Shown here in pieces: positions 49,394 through 61,556 of a stretch of 64,000 nt of DNA (its first letter is position 1; each line of letters opens with the position of its first letter). The stretch comes from Anolis carolinensis (lineage: Eukaryota). Both the position numbers and the translations under genes were made by a program. The notes beneath the pieces were generated by a model, which worked only from the letters and a program-made list of their open reading frames with translations, made no database searches and had not been told where the DNA came from. Location: contig NC_085846.1 in assembly GCF_035594765.1 (NCBI RefSeq), positions 20,323,190 to 20,387,189 of the forward strand. Direction: 5' to 3'.

Positions 49394-50224
49394 CCGTATA
49401 TACTCGAAGATAAGCCAAGTTTTTCAGCCCTTATTTATGAGCTGAAAAAGCTTCCCCCGGCTTATATTGGGGTCAAGGTCAAGCCAGCAGCGGAGCCTGG
49501 AGGCCACAGTATGTTTTCTTTTCCAAAACCTCCCTCCTCTGCTTCTCCTCCCAGGCTGGTTATCTTATATTTTTTTGAGAAAGAGACAGAGAAGAAGTGA
49601 ATGTTTTCAAAAGCAAACGGAGAGTGTGAGAGAAACCCTTGCAAGCCAGATTGCATGGGCAGAAGGGGAAGAAAAAAAAGATACTCTTGCAAATTTGCAC
49701 GATTCATTGCTATTACTATTATTATTATTACTACTACTACTATTTGAACATTCGAGTCCAAAGGGAGGGAAGGAGGGAAAAAAGAACAACAGAAGGTGTG
49801 TATTTCTTTTTATTCCTAAGGAAACAAAAATGAGGTGGGTTTTTTTTGGGAGGGGGAGAGAAGTTTTAAAAAGCCTTTTCTGGCTACTTTTTGAGTTTGA
49901 AAAAGGGAGAAAGAAAAGAGGTGGGAAAGGGCAGGAGAAAAGAGGATAAAGTTGTTTTTAGGGGGGGCTTTGCTTGCATTTCTTCCTTGGGTAAATGCAT
50001 GCCCCAAAGCTTCTAAATATTTATATGGATGTTGCCCCTACAAATACATTAATATATGAATTTCCCCTCATATGTTTACAGGTCTTTGCAAATCCTATGT
50101 AAATATAGATAGATTTTTCCCACCCTTGGCTTATACTCGAGTCAATAAGTTTTCCCAGTTTTTTTGTGGTAAAATTAGGTGCCTCGTCTTATATTCAGGT
50201 CAGCTTATACTCGAGTATATACAG
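49394..50224. mobile_element. Non-autonomous Tc1/mariner-superfamily DNA element
   Basis: TIR CCGTATATACTCGA / TCGAGTATATACAG, TA-flanked. Confidence 0.8.
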
Positions 50225-51759
50225 TATCCCCTTTTCTGAGTAGAGTGGTGAAGGGGATGAGCTTAGTCCATCCTGGGAGAACCTGAAAGTAGCATTAACC
50301 CCCTCCTCTCTGTCTAACATGATGGCACTTCTAGCTTTTTTGAATGCCTGGGTGGGGAAATGCCATGTTCAGCTGAGTTCAGTATCCACTTGGCTCACTG
50401 GGTGACCTTGGGCTACTTATTGTTTCTTACCTTAACAAAGGTTATTTTGCCAATAAGAATAGAAAGGCAATTATATATGCCACCTAAGCTATTTGTAGGA
50501 AAAATCAGCAATTAATGTAACAAGCAGTATTAACACCAGGTTGTTGTGAGTTTTTGGGCTGTATGGTCATGTTCCAGAAGCATTATCTCCTGACGTTTCA
50601 CCCACATCTATGGTAGGCATTCTCAGAGAAATGTCCAGGGTGGGGGAAAGAATTCTTGTCTGCTTGAGGTACGCATGAATGTTTCTATTTGTCACCTGGA
50701 TTAGCATTTAATGGCCTGCAGTTTCAAGGCCTGGCAAGTTGCTGCCTGGGGGAATCCTTTGTTGTGAAGTGTTAGCTGGCCCTGATTCTTGTCTGGAATT
50801 CCCCTGCCTTTTGAGTCTTGCTCTTTATTTACTGTTCTGATTTTAGAGGGTTTAATATGTGTGTGCGTCATCCCATCATTTTGGCAAAACTTCCCATCTG
50901 CCTCAACTCCTACTACTACTTTTATCAGGGCAGGAGCAGATAAAGAGGAGACTTCGCATAAATATGTGTGGAATCGCCTATTTCTTAACTCACCTCATTT
51001 GTCATACAAACAGCCTTTAGAAACATAAAATAAGAAGAGGTGACCTACAGCTTCTGCATAAAACTCAATTGTTGGCTGTACTTGGAACTGCCTATCTGAT
51101 AATTTTTGCTAGTTCTACTTTACTCTGAATTCTATTCAACGCTTTTGAATTTGATTTCAGCCTACTGTTCCCTCCCATATCACTGTTTCTTCTCCCAAAT
51201 AGGGAAAATCAGTATTCACTACTGATTTGAAACATGACTGTAGTGGATCACAGCATTATTCAAGATCTTCAATTTGTCATGATTATTTTCTATTATGTAT
51301 ATCTTTATTTCATTAGCCATGAAATGAAGTGGTCTGCTACCCATAATATGTAATATATCCTCAGAGTTATGCTATTTTTCACCTCTACAAACAAACCATC
51401 ACTTCCTATCTTACCAACGGATTAATTAAAATCTTGTTCAACTCACTGAGTTTCAGAGAGTTGAGCAGTCATTTGTTGCTCCTTTTAAGATCTTGTCTAT
51501 CTACATCAAGCTAAAAGATGCCTTGTTTAATGAAAAGTCATCTAACCTTAAGTGTCTGCCCACCAGTGCAATTTTAGAAGCATGTTTCTTTCATTATCTT
51601 GACATTTAACATCATAGGAAGACTGAAAGGCAAAAGAATTAATAATTGAGACCCTTAGCTTAGAATTCTTAAATCAATCCATCTACTGCAATGCTTTCAT
51701 CTTCTAGAAAATGTTGCAAAAATTATTTGATAAGAACCGAATAAGATCCAATTTCTTAC

Positions 51760-52000
51760 CTGCAATGTATTCTGATTTGAGCTTCAGGAGAGACCTTGGC
51801 ATTGTCAATAGTTCACAATGAATTCGGCACCCAAACCATCACATCACTTTGTTAGACACACAGTCTATGTAACACAGTCTTCAATTTTTTTTCAAGCTAG
51901 ACATTATATTACATCTGACATCTCTTTATTGCTACTGAACATCTTCCAATTTTCCCTTGTGTTTTTACTGGATAATTCCCCCTGGGACTAATAATTGGCA
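51760..52000 (-). promoter_or_regulatory. Candidate non-coding first exon and promoter of the OR at 47923-48870
   Basis: Donor CAG|GTAAGA at 51760/51759; O/E(EBF)-like CCCCCTGGGA at 51978-51987, flanked by TAAT/TAATTG homeodomain cores. Confidence 0.5.
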
Positions 52001-53829
52001 TGAAGAGAAGAGCACACAATAGAAGAGGAAGCCAGAAATAAGCCAGATCTAACACACAATTTCTATAACATTGAAGGCAACTAGACAGACTTCTGGCCTA
52101 TAAATAGATCAAGTAACATCTTGATCTAACAATTATTTCGTAGTGTACAGTTATAGCACTATGAATCCACTTAAACTGCCATGACTACATCCTTTGGACT
52201 CCTCGGATTTGTAGCTTGAGGAGGATCATTGATGATTCTCAAAGAGCTTTCTTTAGTGTTACACCAAACTGTGAACCCCAGGATCACACAGGATGTTGTC
52301 ATGGCAGTTAAAGAAGGGGTGCAGTGCTATGGTTGTGTAGTGTAATTCCATTGATGTCTTCTATGCGAGTTATTTTTCTCTGAAGTTGCAGCCTCATGTT
52401 TCTCTGCCTTTTTCAATTGTTGCTGATGACACCACTTGAACCACTTGTGAACCAGGTCTTTGAATTATTTATTAGCTTTGAGCTTTAGATCTCTGCTGAA
52501 GCTCAAAGTAGAAGGCATTGTAGGTACCAAAGTTACCTAGAGTTGGAAGAGACCTCATCGGTGTTGGAAAAACACTTAACTGTTGCTTAAGTCTCTATGG
52601 TTAGATAGGAAGCCTAGAAAAAGAGTTAGGGACACCTTCCCCAGTTCCATGCATGCTTTGATTAGGCTTTACTATTGTTTCCTCCCTCATGTCCTGCTTA
52701 GGTCAACCCCACCCTTTGATGCTTTAGAAATGTGATCTCTCCTTGGGCTTTGATGTAACGTCCCCCAATTTGGCCTTTGGAATGTTTATGGCCCTAGAGA
52801 AGAAGCGACCCACAAGGCTTAGTCGCCATTCCTGCTTCCTGCTTTGTTCCAGAGAGAGGACACACTCTGTCCACTCCTATTACAAACAAATTAGGTTCTG
52901 TAGGTTTGTTCTTAAGTTGAGAATGTATGTAAGTTGGAATAGGGACACCATGGATAGCATAGGGAAGGGTTAACATCCCTGTGGAGTTTACTTTGCTGTT
53001 TGTGCCCCTGTTCAGAAGATTTCACCTCATTTTCTGAACTGGATTTTGAAAAAAAAGTCTTGTTGTGGAAACAAGGATTGGTGATAAAGCTTCAATTGAG
53101 ACACCTTTTCCCCATGATAACTCTTTCAGGAGTGAATTTCTCTTCTTAGAAATCTTCCTAGGGGTAGATTTTTTTCACTTCCTGTTGTTTCACCATCTTT
53201 CTTAACTGTGCGTTGTTAGTAAGTCAGATGTTCATAACTCAGGGACTGGCTGTATATCTTCCTTCAATTCACCTTTTGCTAATCTTAATTTATAGGTTAA
53301 CTTTTCCAATAGAGCTATTACGCATATCCTTTTTAACCAATTTTTTATTGTCAGATTCTCTAACTGAAGTGGACAAAGAGAAAAGCCACTGAGTCCTTTC
53401 TTGAGACCTGAAAAAACACAGTTTATTTACCAACTGCTAGATCCCCGAACAAAGAGAATTCTCTTCTTTTATGCATTCTTCTGTTACAAGTAGGCAAAGC
53501 TACATGTGTAGTCAGCTCTACATCACAGAGATAACCTTTGACTCTCCTAATATATGGTGTATACATCAGTTCTTTTTAAAGCATGGTTACAGATAAACAT
53601 TATATTTTAGCCCATCCATCAGGAGGCCCTACCACTTTCCTTCCATTAGGCTCATGTCCACCCGATCCCTGGTATTTGGAATTTAGAGAAAACAGATCAT
53701 TCCTTTGTCTTTATATTTAACCAACCTCTTGAACATTCCTTTGTCTTCTAGCTACTGCATCTAAAAATCTAATTTCCTATATTTCAATGTGCTTATACAT
53801 ACAATATATGTATGTGTTTATATATTTCT

Positions 53830-54388
53830 TTTATTTATTTCGTGTCAAAAGCATTGCATAATAAATAAATTTAAAAAGTGATGAAATAAAGGAAATCACA
53901 AGCAGCTAAATAGTTTTAGACCAAAGGTGGGCAACAGCGACCGCATTGTCCATGGCTTTAAACAACTCCTCCTCAATGCATGAGGCACAAGTTAGCTGGC
54001 ATTGCCCCTCCTGACGTGTGATGGGAAGTTGCTGCTAACTGTGAGAGAAATAAGGTCGAACATTGTGAAAGCCACCCATTGCATGACTATCAGCCTCCTC
54101 CCACCAGACTCAAATCAAGGAAGGGCTTTATGAGAACCACCACTCCTCTTGATGTTCCCCCAGCAACAGCAAGATTGTCCCTCTGGGCAGCTAAACTAGG
54201 CAATTCCAACTGGATGGCCCCCCATGAGGGTCTTCCTTCCGCGGCAAACCAAGAATGAGCAACTTGGAAGTCCCTGAACAGACTGAGAAGCGGAGTGGGC
54301 AGATCAAAAGACAACTTGGCAAGGTGGCACTACCTGGAGGAATCCTCCATCTTGTGTGATTGTGGAGCAGAACAAACAACTCCGCATA
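53830..54388 (-). mobile_element. Vingi-like LINE 3' end with inverted upstream segment
   Basis: Minus strand: ASCIEEELFKAMDNAVAVAHLWSKTI*, then a UTR ending gacacgaaataaataaa. Plus strand: RLKSRKGF...WKSLNRLRSGVGRSK...CDCGAEQTTPH. Confidence 0.75.
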
Positions 54389-55411
54389 GACATAGAAAGA
54401 GCTTCCTCGAAGACTGAGTGAATCCAGTTGGGCATCCCCTGGGCAACGTTTCTTGTAAACGGCTAATCTTTCCAACCCAAAAGCATTGCTTTTAAACTTT
54501 TTATATATTTCTTAATACATTCATATCATAACCTTTTCCAGGTTTTCACTATTTTGATTCTTGGGGCACATAACAGGAGCAGTATAACATTTTTCTTTAC
54601 CAGATCCTTATTCCCACTTTCAAATACAGAAATTATTAATAGAGCTCTCCTGTAGTGTATTGCTTACCCCGCTATTTGTCTTAATCATGATAGCACAAAA
54701 TCTGAGATTATTGCGGAACTTTATTAACAATTACATTCACTCACAAGTAAATCTTAGACATTTCTTTAATGGTAAGTTACTACTATACAGCAAAATTATG
54801 AATGAAGAAAATGTGGGCAAGTTCTCAGGCCAATACCCCAAAAGCCCCATCCCCTCAACTCATAAAAGTTTCCCTACAGCCTCCCAAGTCTACTGATCTA
54901 AGCAAGCTCTTCTTATTAGGCTCTTCCTCACAACAGGGCACATATATTTTCATTCTGTTTTCAATACTCAATTTTGGCTGTGAACTCAGGGTATAGAGGT
55001 ATTCTGGTGTTTTGAACACACCAGATTTGAGTCCCTGACAGATCTCTGTACTTTTGGAAATTTTAGTGATATGATAGGAAAATACTTCATCATCCTGAAG
55101 GTACAGTTTAGTCTGTTATTGTGGATTGCCTGTGTACCTGAAATAACTCCCTTCTCTCACTTTTCATCTTTCACTGGATCTTAAAGCATAGAAGCAAATA
55201 GATTTTTTTAAAGGTACTGGGGCATTTCTTGGAATGGGTGGCCAGCATGCATCTTCTATATATGTGTCTAAGAATAAAAAGTATATCCACATTTGTTTGT
55301 TACTAGCATTTAGAGCAAACCAGGTTTTCCAGATTTACTTATGCTTCTTATGGGAAGGGAGCTGGAAACCCAACAGTAATTTTAAGCTTGGAAATTGAGT
55401 GCTTTCACCTG

Positions 55412-56332
55412 CTATTTGCCGTGCATTACTTTCCGAAATACTCTTTGCACATCCTTGTTCCTCAAGCTATATATGATTGGATTGAGCATAGGTGTTAGTA
55501 TTGCATAGAACACAGACGAGATTTGGTCTTGTGCCTGGGAGTAACTGGAGTTTGGACGTATGTATGTGAAGATGATGGTCCCGTAATAAATGTTCACAAC
55601 AATAAGGTGAGAAGCACAAGTGGAAAATGCTTTCAGCCTCCCTTCTTTTGTGCGGATCATAAGGATAGCTACAACTATATAGACATAAGACACCAGGATA
55701 ACCAGAAATGGACCCATGATCACACTTCCGCCCACTACAAAAGTAACAATTTGGTTGATCAGAGTGTTAGAACAGGAGAGTTGGAAAAGAGGTGGGACGT
55801 CACAGAAAAAGTGCTGAATGACATTATCCTGACAGAAAGACAGACGAGACATCAAGCCAGAGTGTATCCCTGAGTTAGACAAGCCAAGAATCCAAGCAGT
55901 TGCTGCAAGAGAGGCACACACTTTTGGACGCATCAGCACATTATAGTGTAGTGGGTGACAAATAGCTGCATACCGATCATATGCCATGACACCTAGTAGG
56001 AGGCACTCAATCCCACCAAAGGAGATGAAGAAATACATTTGAGTGAAGCATCCTGCTAAGGAAATTGTCTTGTCTTGAGAAAGGTAAATCAGGAGCATCT
56101 TGGGGACAGTGGAAGTTGTGCTCCCAATATCCACCACAGAGAGATTGAAAAGGAAAAAATACATGGGATTGTGAAATCTTTTGTCCAAGCTGATCATGAG
56201 CAGGATAAGAATATTCCCAATCAAGACTGTTAAATAAATGACAAGAAAGAGAGCAAAGAGAAACAATTGTGCTGTTGGGCTGCTGGAGAGTCCCAGGAGT
56301 ATAAATTCAGTGACAGTCGTTTCATTCACCAT
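55412..56332 (-). CDS. Olfactory receptor, about 306 aa (start MVNETTVTEF), intact
   Basis: HNPMYFFL, MAYDRYAAICHPLHY, KAFSTCASHL, PMLNPIIYSLRNKD. The ORF-track extension to 56467 crosses an acceptor (ttcttacag, ~56351) and is probably intronic. Confidence 0.95.
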   Translation of the reverse strand: MVNETTVTEFILLGLSSSPTAQLFLFALFLVIYLTVLIGNILILLMISLDKRFHNPMYFFLFNLSVVDIGSTTSTVPKMLLIYLSQDKTISLAGCFTQMYFFISFGGIECLLLGVMAYDRYAAICHPLHYNVLMRPKVCASLAATAWILGLSNSGIHSGLMSRLSFCQDNVIQHFFCDVPPLFQLSCSNTLINQIVTFVVGGSVIMGPFLVILVSYVYIVVAILMIRTKEGRLKAFSTCASHLIVVNIYYGTIIFTYIRPNSSYSQAQDQISSVFYAILTPMLNPIIYSLRNKDVQRVFRKVMHGK

Positions 56333-56713
56333 CTCTAGTTGGGACTCTATCTGTAAGAGAATGTTGTTAATTTTTTTAGCAATCTTTTTGTCTGTGAATA
56401 GGTTGAATATAATGCAGGACAAGATAAAACCCCAAGAAACAGGCCATGACATCAAACAAAAACCCAATGCTGTCTGAAATTACCCCCCCCCATCCCCACC
56501 AAATAAAGACACCGTAACACAATTACCACTAAGTCCCATACAAAACAGACATCTTAGAAGAGTAGCCAGGCCCGGTCCAACATGGAGGCCAGTGAGGCCC
56601 CCGCTTGGAGCGCAGGGTCCCCTGGGGCGCCGTTGAGGTGTCTCCCCCCCCCCCCCCCCACGGGGATCACCGGCTCAGTTGAAGCCTTCCACCTTCTGCA
56701 GCAGTGGGCATGG

Positions 56714-56856
56714 NNNNNNNNNNNNNNNNNNNNNNNNNNNNNNNNNNNNNNNNNNNNNNNNNNNNNNNNNNNNNNNNNNNNNNNNNNNNNNNNNNNNNNN
56801 NNNNNNNNNNNNNNNNNNNNNNNNNNNNNNNNNNNNNNNNNNNNNNNNNNNNNNNN
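56714..56856. other. Assembly gap (143 N)
   Basis: Run of N. Confidence 1.
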
Positions 56857-57385
56857 GAAGAAAGAAGGGACCCAGCACCAGCCTCTTTCTCTTTCTCCCT
56901 CTTAGGAAAAAAGTCTCTTCCCCGGTTTGGTTTTGCTCTTTCCAGACTTACCCAAGAGCCAGTTAGCCTTAAAGGGGAACACCTGAGGCAGGCAAGCCTT
57001 TCTAATGGGAATCCTTAAGAGCCAGAGGATATCCCTTTAAGAGATCTCTCCAGGAGGATTATGGCACCAGCTCATTTGCAACAGATTCAGTGCCATGTAA
57101 TCATGTGAGTTGTAGTTTTACAAACTCCCTACCTAGCCTTCCCTGCAGAAGAGAGCCAGTAGCATGCCAAACTACAACTCCCAGTTTTCTGTCAGATTGT
57201 TTTGGATTTCAACTCCCACAATTCCTAACACCAGACATGGGCAAAGTTTGCCCTTGCCTGGTATAGAAGCATTCTATTCTTTTTCCCCAGACATGCCAAC
57301 AGTTTGTATATTAAGTGAGAAAATCCTGGGCATTTTTTCCTTTGATGCTAAAAGTGCATAGGTTGTTCAGCAACAGCCTACTGGC

Positions 57386-57905
57386 TGGGTTGCTATGAGT
57401 TTTCCGGGCTCTATAGCCATGTTCCTGAAGCATTCTCTCCGGACATTTTACCCACATCTGTGGCAGACATCCTCAGAGGTTATGAGGTCTGTTGGAAACT
57501 AGGCAAGTGAGGTTTATATATCTGTGGAAGGTCCAGGGTGGGAGAAAGAACTCTTGTCTGTGGGAGGCAAGTGTGAATGTTGCAATTGGCCACCTTGATT
57601 AGCATTGAATAGCCTTGCAGCTTCAAAGCCTGGCTGCTTCCTGCCTGGGGGAATCCTTTGTTGGGAGGTGTTAACTGGCCCTGATTGTTTTCTGTCTGGA
57701 ATTCCCATTTTCTAGGTGTTGTTATTTATTTACTGTCCTGATTTTAGCTTTTCTTTAATACTGGTAGCCAGATTTTGTTTATTTTCATGGTTTCCTCTTT
57801 TCTGTTGAAATTGTCCATGTGCTTCTTGTGGATTTCAATGGCTTCTCTGTGTAGTCTGACATGGTGGCTTTTACAGTGGTCCAGCATTTCTGTGTTCTCA
57901 AATAC
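57386..57905 (-). mobile_element. Penelope 3' fragment inserted into a small MITE
   Basis: Same 3' region as 13564-14100; the flanks join into a CAGGCATGGGCAAA-type element (57232-57970). Confidence 0.8.
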
Positions 57906-58253
57906 TGGCTGTTAGGAATTGTGGGAGTTGAAGTCCAAAACATCTGGAGGGCCAAAGTTTGCCCATGCCTGATTTAGATCCATCTCAAAAAAGGGTATAT
58001 TTGGCAATCCCTTTGGGTACAACCTTGGAAATATCTGGCTATAGTGCAAAATGTTCTCAAGTGTTGAGTTTTTGAAACTGCACAAGATGGCTTTAAGGCA
58101 ATTTCTGCCCCCTCAGCCAAAACATATACAGCCAACTTCAGTAAGCTGGAAATAGTCTTAATCATGTATCCAGCTCAATAGCAGATTGTGATGGGAAAGT
58201 TCTGGAAACTGCAGTATAGAGCAGGCATGGGCAAACTTTAGTCCTCCAGATAT

Positions 58254-58313
<60 letters not shown>

Positions 58314-58631
58314 TGTTATTGTTCTATTTTATTTCTAACCTGCCCTCTCTCCCCAAAAGGACTCAGGGCAGCTTCCAAATGCAAAGGCAAATATTCAATG
58401 CCATATACAATAATAAAAACACAACACAATAAAATCACAAATAAATCATAGCTAAAAGTGCATATAAAATTGATTCTATAGGGAGGATAAATGATTGGAT
58501 TTCAACTCCTACAGCTTAGCTTTCTCTGCCAATAATGGTACCATACCAAACTACAGCTCCCAAGATTCTGTAGCAGTGAGCCATCTTGGATATTGCTAGG
58601 GATGATTTTTATATTATTATTATTATTATTA

Positions 58632-58746
58632 TTGACACAACGACGTTGTATGACACAGCAAACAAGATAGATATGCTGGATTTCGTTTCACAAAATCACA
58701 AGTCGAACACTTCCCAAGTGTCTAGGACTGTGTGATGTATTTTCGG

Positions 58747-58748
<2 letters not shown>
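58632..58748 (-). mobile_element. R4/Dong-clade non-LTR 3' end inside a (TAA)n microsatellite
   Basis: Reverse complement reads IRKYITQS*, then a short UTR; (ATT)n on both sides. Confidence 0.7.
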
Positions 58749-58801
<53 letters not shown>

Positions 58802-60330
58802 GGCCTTGCTCCTGGGAAGGTTCCTCTGCTGTGGCTCCCTACTTATCTATCTACCTTTCCACATATTCTCCACATTGTGTGTATGTGTATGTATACATAC
58901 ACACACACACATATACACACATACACAAACACATATGCAGGGACTATAACACACACACACATATATATTCTATTCACCTCTACATTCTACCTTTTATTTT
59001 TCAGTGATTGGTTTCAGGAGTGGGGGCACCAAAATGCTGCTTGCTTACACTTGAAAATTGCCTAGGGCCGGCTCTGAGAGTAGCACAACTGTTGATATGG
59101 TCTTGCATTCTATTGGGGACATATGCATAACTATGTATCACTTTGAGCATGGCTTGAATGTCGGAGTAAGTCAGGGAAGGGTATTTTGGAGCCAGTCACT
59201 TGCACAGAGGAAGACAATGGTAAACCTCATCTGAAGAAATTTTGCAAAAAAATAATCCTATAACAGCTTTACCTTAGAGTAATCATATATCTGAAATGAC
59301 TCTAAGGCAAACAACAAAAGCAATGGTTTCTGTGTAGATGTGTATGTACTTTTTTGGTGTAGGTTGATATTCTCTTCTTCCCTTCATAATTCCCAAGATC
59401 TCCCTATCATGATGAATAGCATTCTTGCATGGTTATTCCTGGCTTTGTGAAGAGCAGGTAGAATCAGAGAAGCATTTTGAAGTAGCTAGATTCAAAATAA
59501 TAATATCAGTACTGAAATATATCAGGGTCCCCCAGAGGTCTCTCCACTGTGAAATAATTTTATATTCAGCTTTGGGCATGTGGCCAAATGCATCTATGAT
59601 CCTGCCTGCTCTCCATGAGTTAGGGAATGGTGATGTTAATGGGGAAGCATGATGGGATGTTCAATACATCAGGGTAATATATGAATTAACCTAGCCAGCA
59701 TTGATCTAGATTAGACCAACTTCATAGTTCTCCAACCAATGCAGTGGCTTTGAGACACAGAATGTCAAAAACTTTGCAAGGTATACTATGATAAAATAAA
59801 TCTGGAAAATTGTTCTATATGCAGATCAACATACTATCTATCACAGAAAATCAGATCTAAAATGTGACTTGCTGAATGGACTAGAGGAATATCCAGTCTT
59901 GTCACATGTGGTGCCAGAATCGCCCTCAATTGCTGCCGATAGCAGGAATCTTGGCATTGTCTTCCCAGAGGGCGTGGGGACCTGCCGCCCCATGCCCATA
60001 CTGCCCCAGCTTCCCCTTTACCTCATCAGACAGGGGGAAGCCTCCTTAAGGCAGATCGACCCCTCTTTCCTTATGGAGATGGGGTATTGCCTGTCGGCAG
60101 CATTTTCTTTTGTGGTGGTAAAATGTTTGCTCCAGTTCAGCCAGAGAGCCACCTTGAAAGTAGTTCTCTGGGGTGTGATGGGAGCCATTGGACTCCATGG
60201 CTGAGCTAAAAAAGAACCATCACTGTTGCCAAAAAAAAGGTAAGTGTGAAGAGATAGCAGGATTGAGTAGTAAGGCCAGGTATCAAATGGGATGCAAACA
60301 TTGTTGTCATCGAGTCAATGAAATCCTGTA

Positions 60331-60429
60331 CAGGCAGTGCCCGAGTTACAAACAATATAGGTTCTTTATGTTTGTTCTTAAGTTGAATTTGTGTAAGTCA
60401 GAATAGGTGCATTTAAAAAATGTAACACC

Positions 60430-60496
<67 letters not shown>

Positions 60497-60808
60497 TAGA
60501 GAGAGAGGCTTTGATAGCATAGGGAAGGGTTAACACCCTTGTGCTGTTTGTTTAGCTGTCTGTACTCCGACTAGAAGATTTCACCTCACTTTCTGTTCCT
60601 GTGATCATTGGATTTTGAAAAATGTGACTTGTTGTGGAAACAAGGAATGGTGATAAAGCATCAGTAGAGACACCATTTCCCCATGATAACTCTTTAAAGA
60701 GTGAATTTCTCTTCCAAGGGGTAGATTTCTCTCTCTTCCTATTGTCTCACCCCTCTTTTTACTAGGAATCATTTGTAACTCAGACATTTGTAACTTGGAG
60801 GCTGCCTT
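60331..60808. mobile_element. Tigger/pogo-like non-autonomous DNA element with internal (GATA)n; related copy at ~52860-53253
   Basis: TA-CAGGCAGT...GTTACAAA terminus and its inverse; shared internal sequence. Confidence 0.7.
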
Positions 60809-61346
60809 TACTTACTTTGAAAGTGCAGGATTTATAGCAAAGTCTCTGAGCAAAACAAGACATGGCATTCCGGCATCATACCAAAGATTGCTCTGGCTGT
60901 CTCAGGAAGACAGATTGAGTAGTAGCATGATATTTGCACTGCAGAATCTCTATTATGTGCTCCATTGATTGCAGTGGCTGCTGTCCAGTAAAACGTATTG
61001 GGGACTTTCATGGTATATATGAATTTCCTAAACTAGGAGTTTTGCAAAGGCATGAAATTGAAAGAATCAGACATATGAAGCATTCAGAACTGCCCAATAG
61101 GATTATATATTTTCTGAATTATATCATTAACAGATCTACTGCTTTTTATGCATATTTCTTCTGATATTACAGGAGAGATAGCCATTTCGAAAGAGAACCA
61201 TTAATGGAGATCCATCTCCATGAATTTGCTTTAGTTTCTTTCTAAAGATACATTTCATGGAATTGAATTCTATAGCATTGGCAATATACCTGTGAAGAAT
61301 TAGGAAACAATTATAACTATACAATAACCCTTCCATAATATCTTAC

Positions 61347-61556
61347 CTGTTTAGTAGTCTTGCATGTTTGGTTTCATTGCAAGCAGTGATCCATTCTTCT
61401 CATCCTGGAGAAGATCTTGATATCCTAAAATATTTTTAAATCATCCATACCAACCTGTTGTATCTCTGTCTCCTACAAGCCCACATCACTAGTATTTCTG
61501 GCTAGATATATTCCAGTGAGACATGCCCAGGGGAACTACATGACTCATGCAATTAC
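61347..61556 (-). promoter_or_regulatory. Candidate non-coding first exon and promoter of the OR at 55412-56332
   Basis: Donor CAG|GTAAGA at 61347/61346; O/E-like TCCCCTGGGC (61525-61534, - strand) and TAATTG (61550-61555, - strand). Confidence 0.45.

Noticed and set aside
56333-56467. 45-aa N-terminal extension of the third OR
   Set aside because: Non-ATG start, and it crosses a splice acceptor; the typical start is MVNETT.
59869-60204. GC-richer segment with a 111-aa ORF, possibly a retroelement remnant
   Set aside because: No motif I can recognise on either strand.
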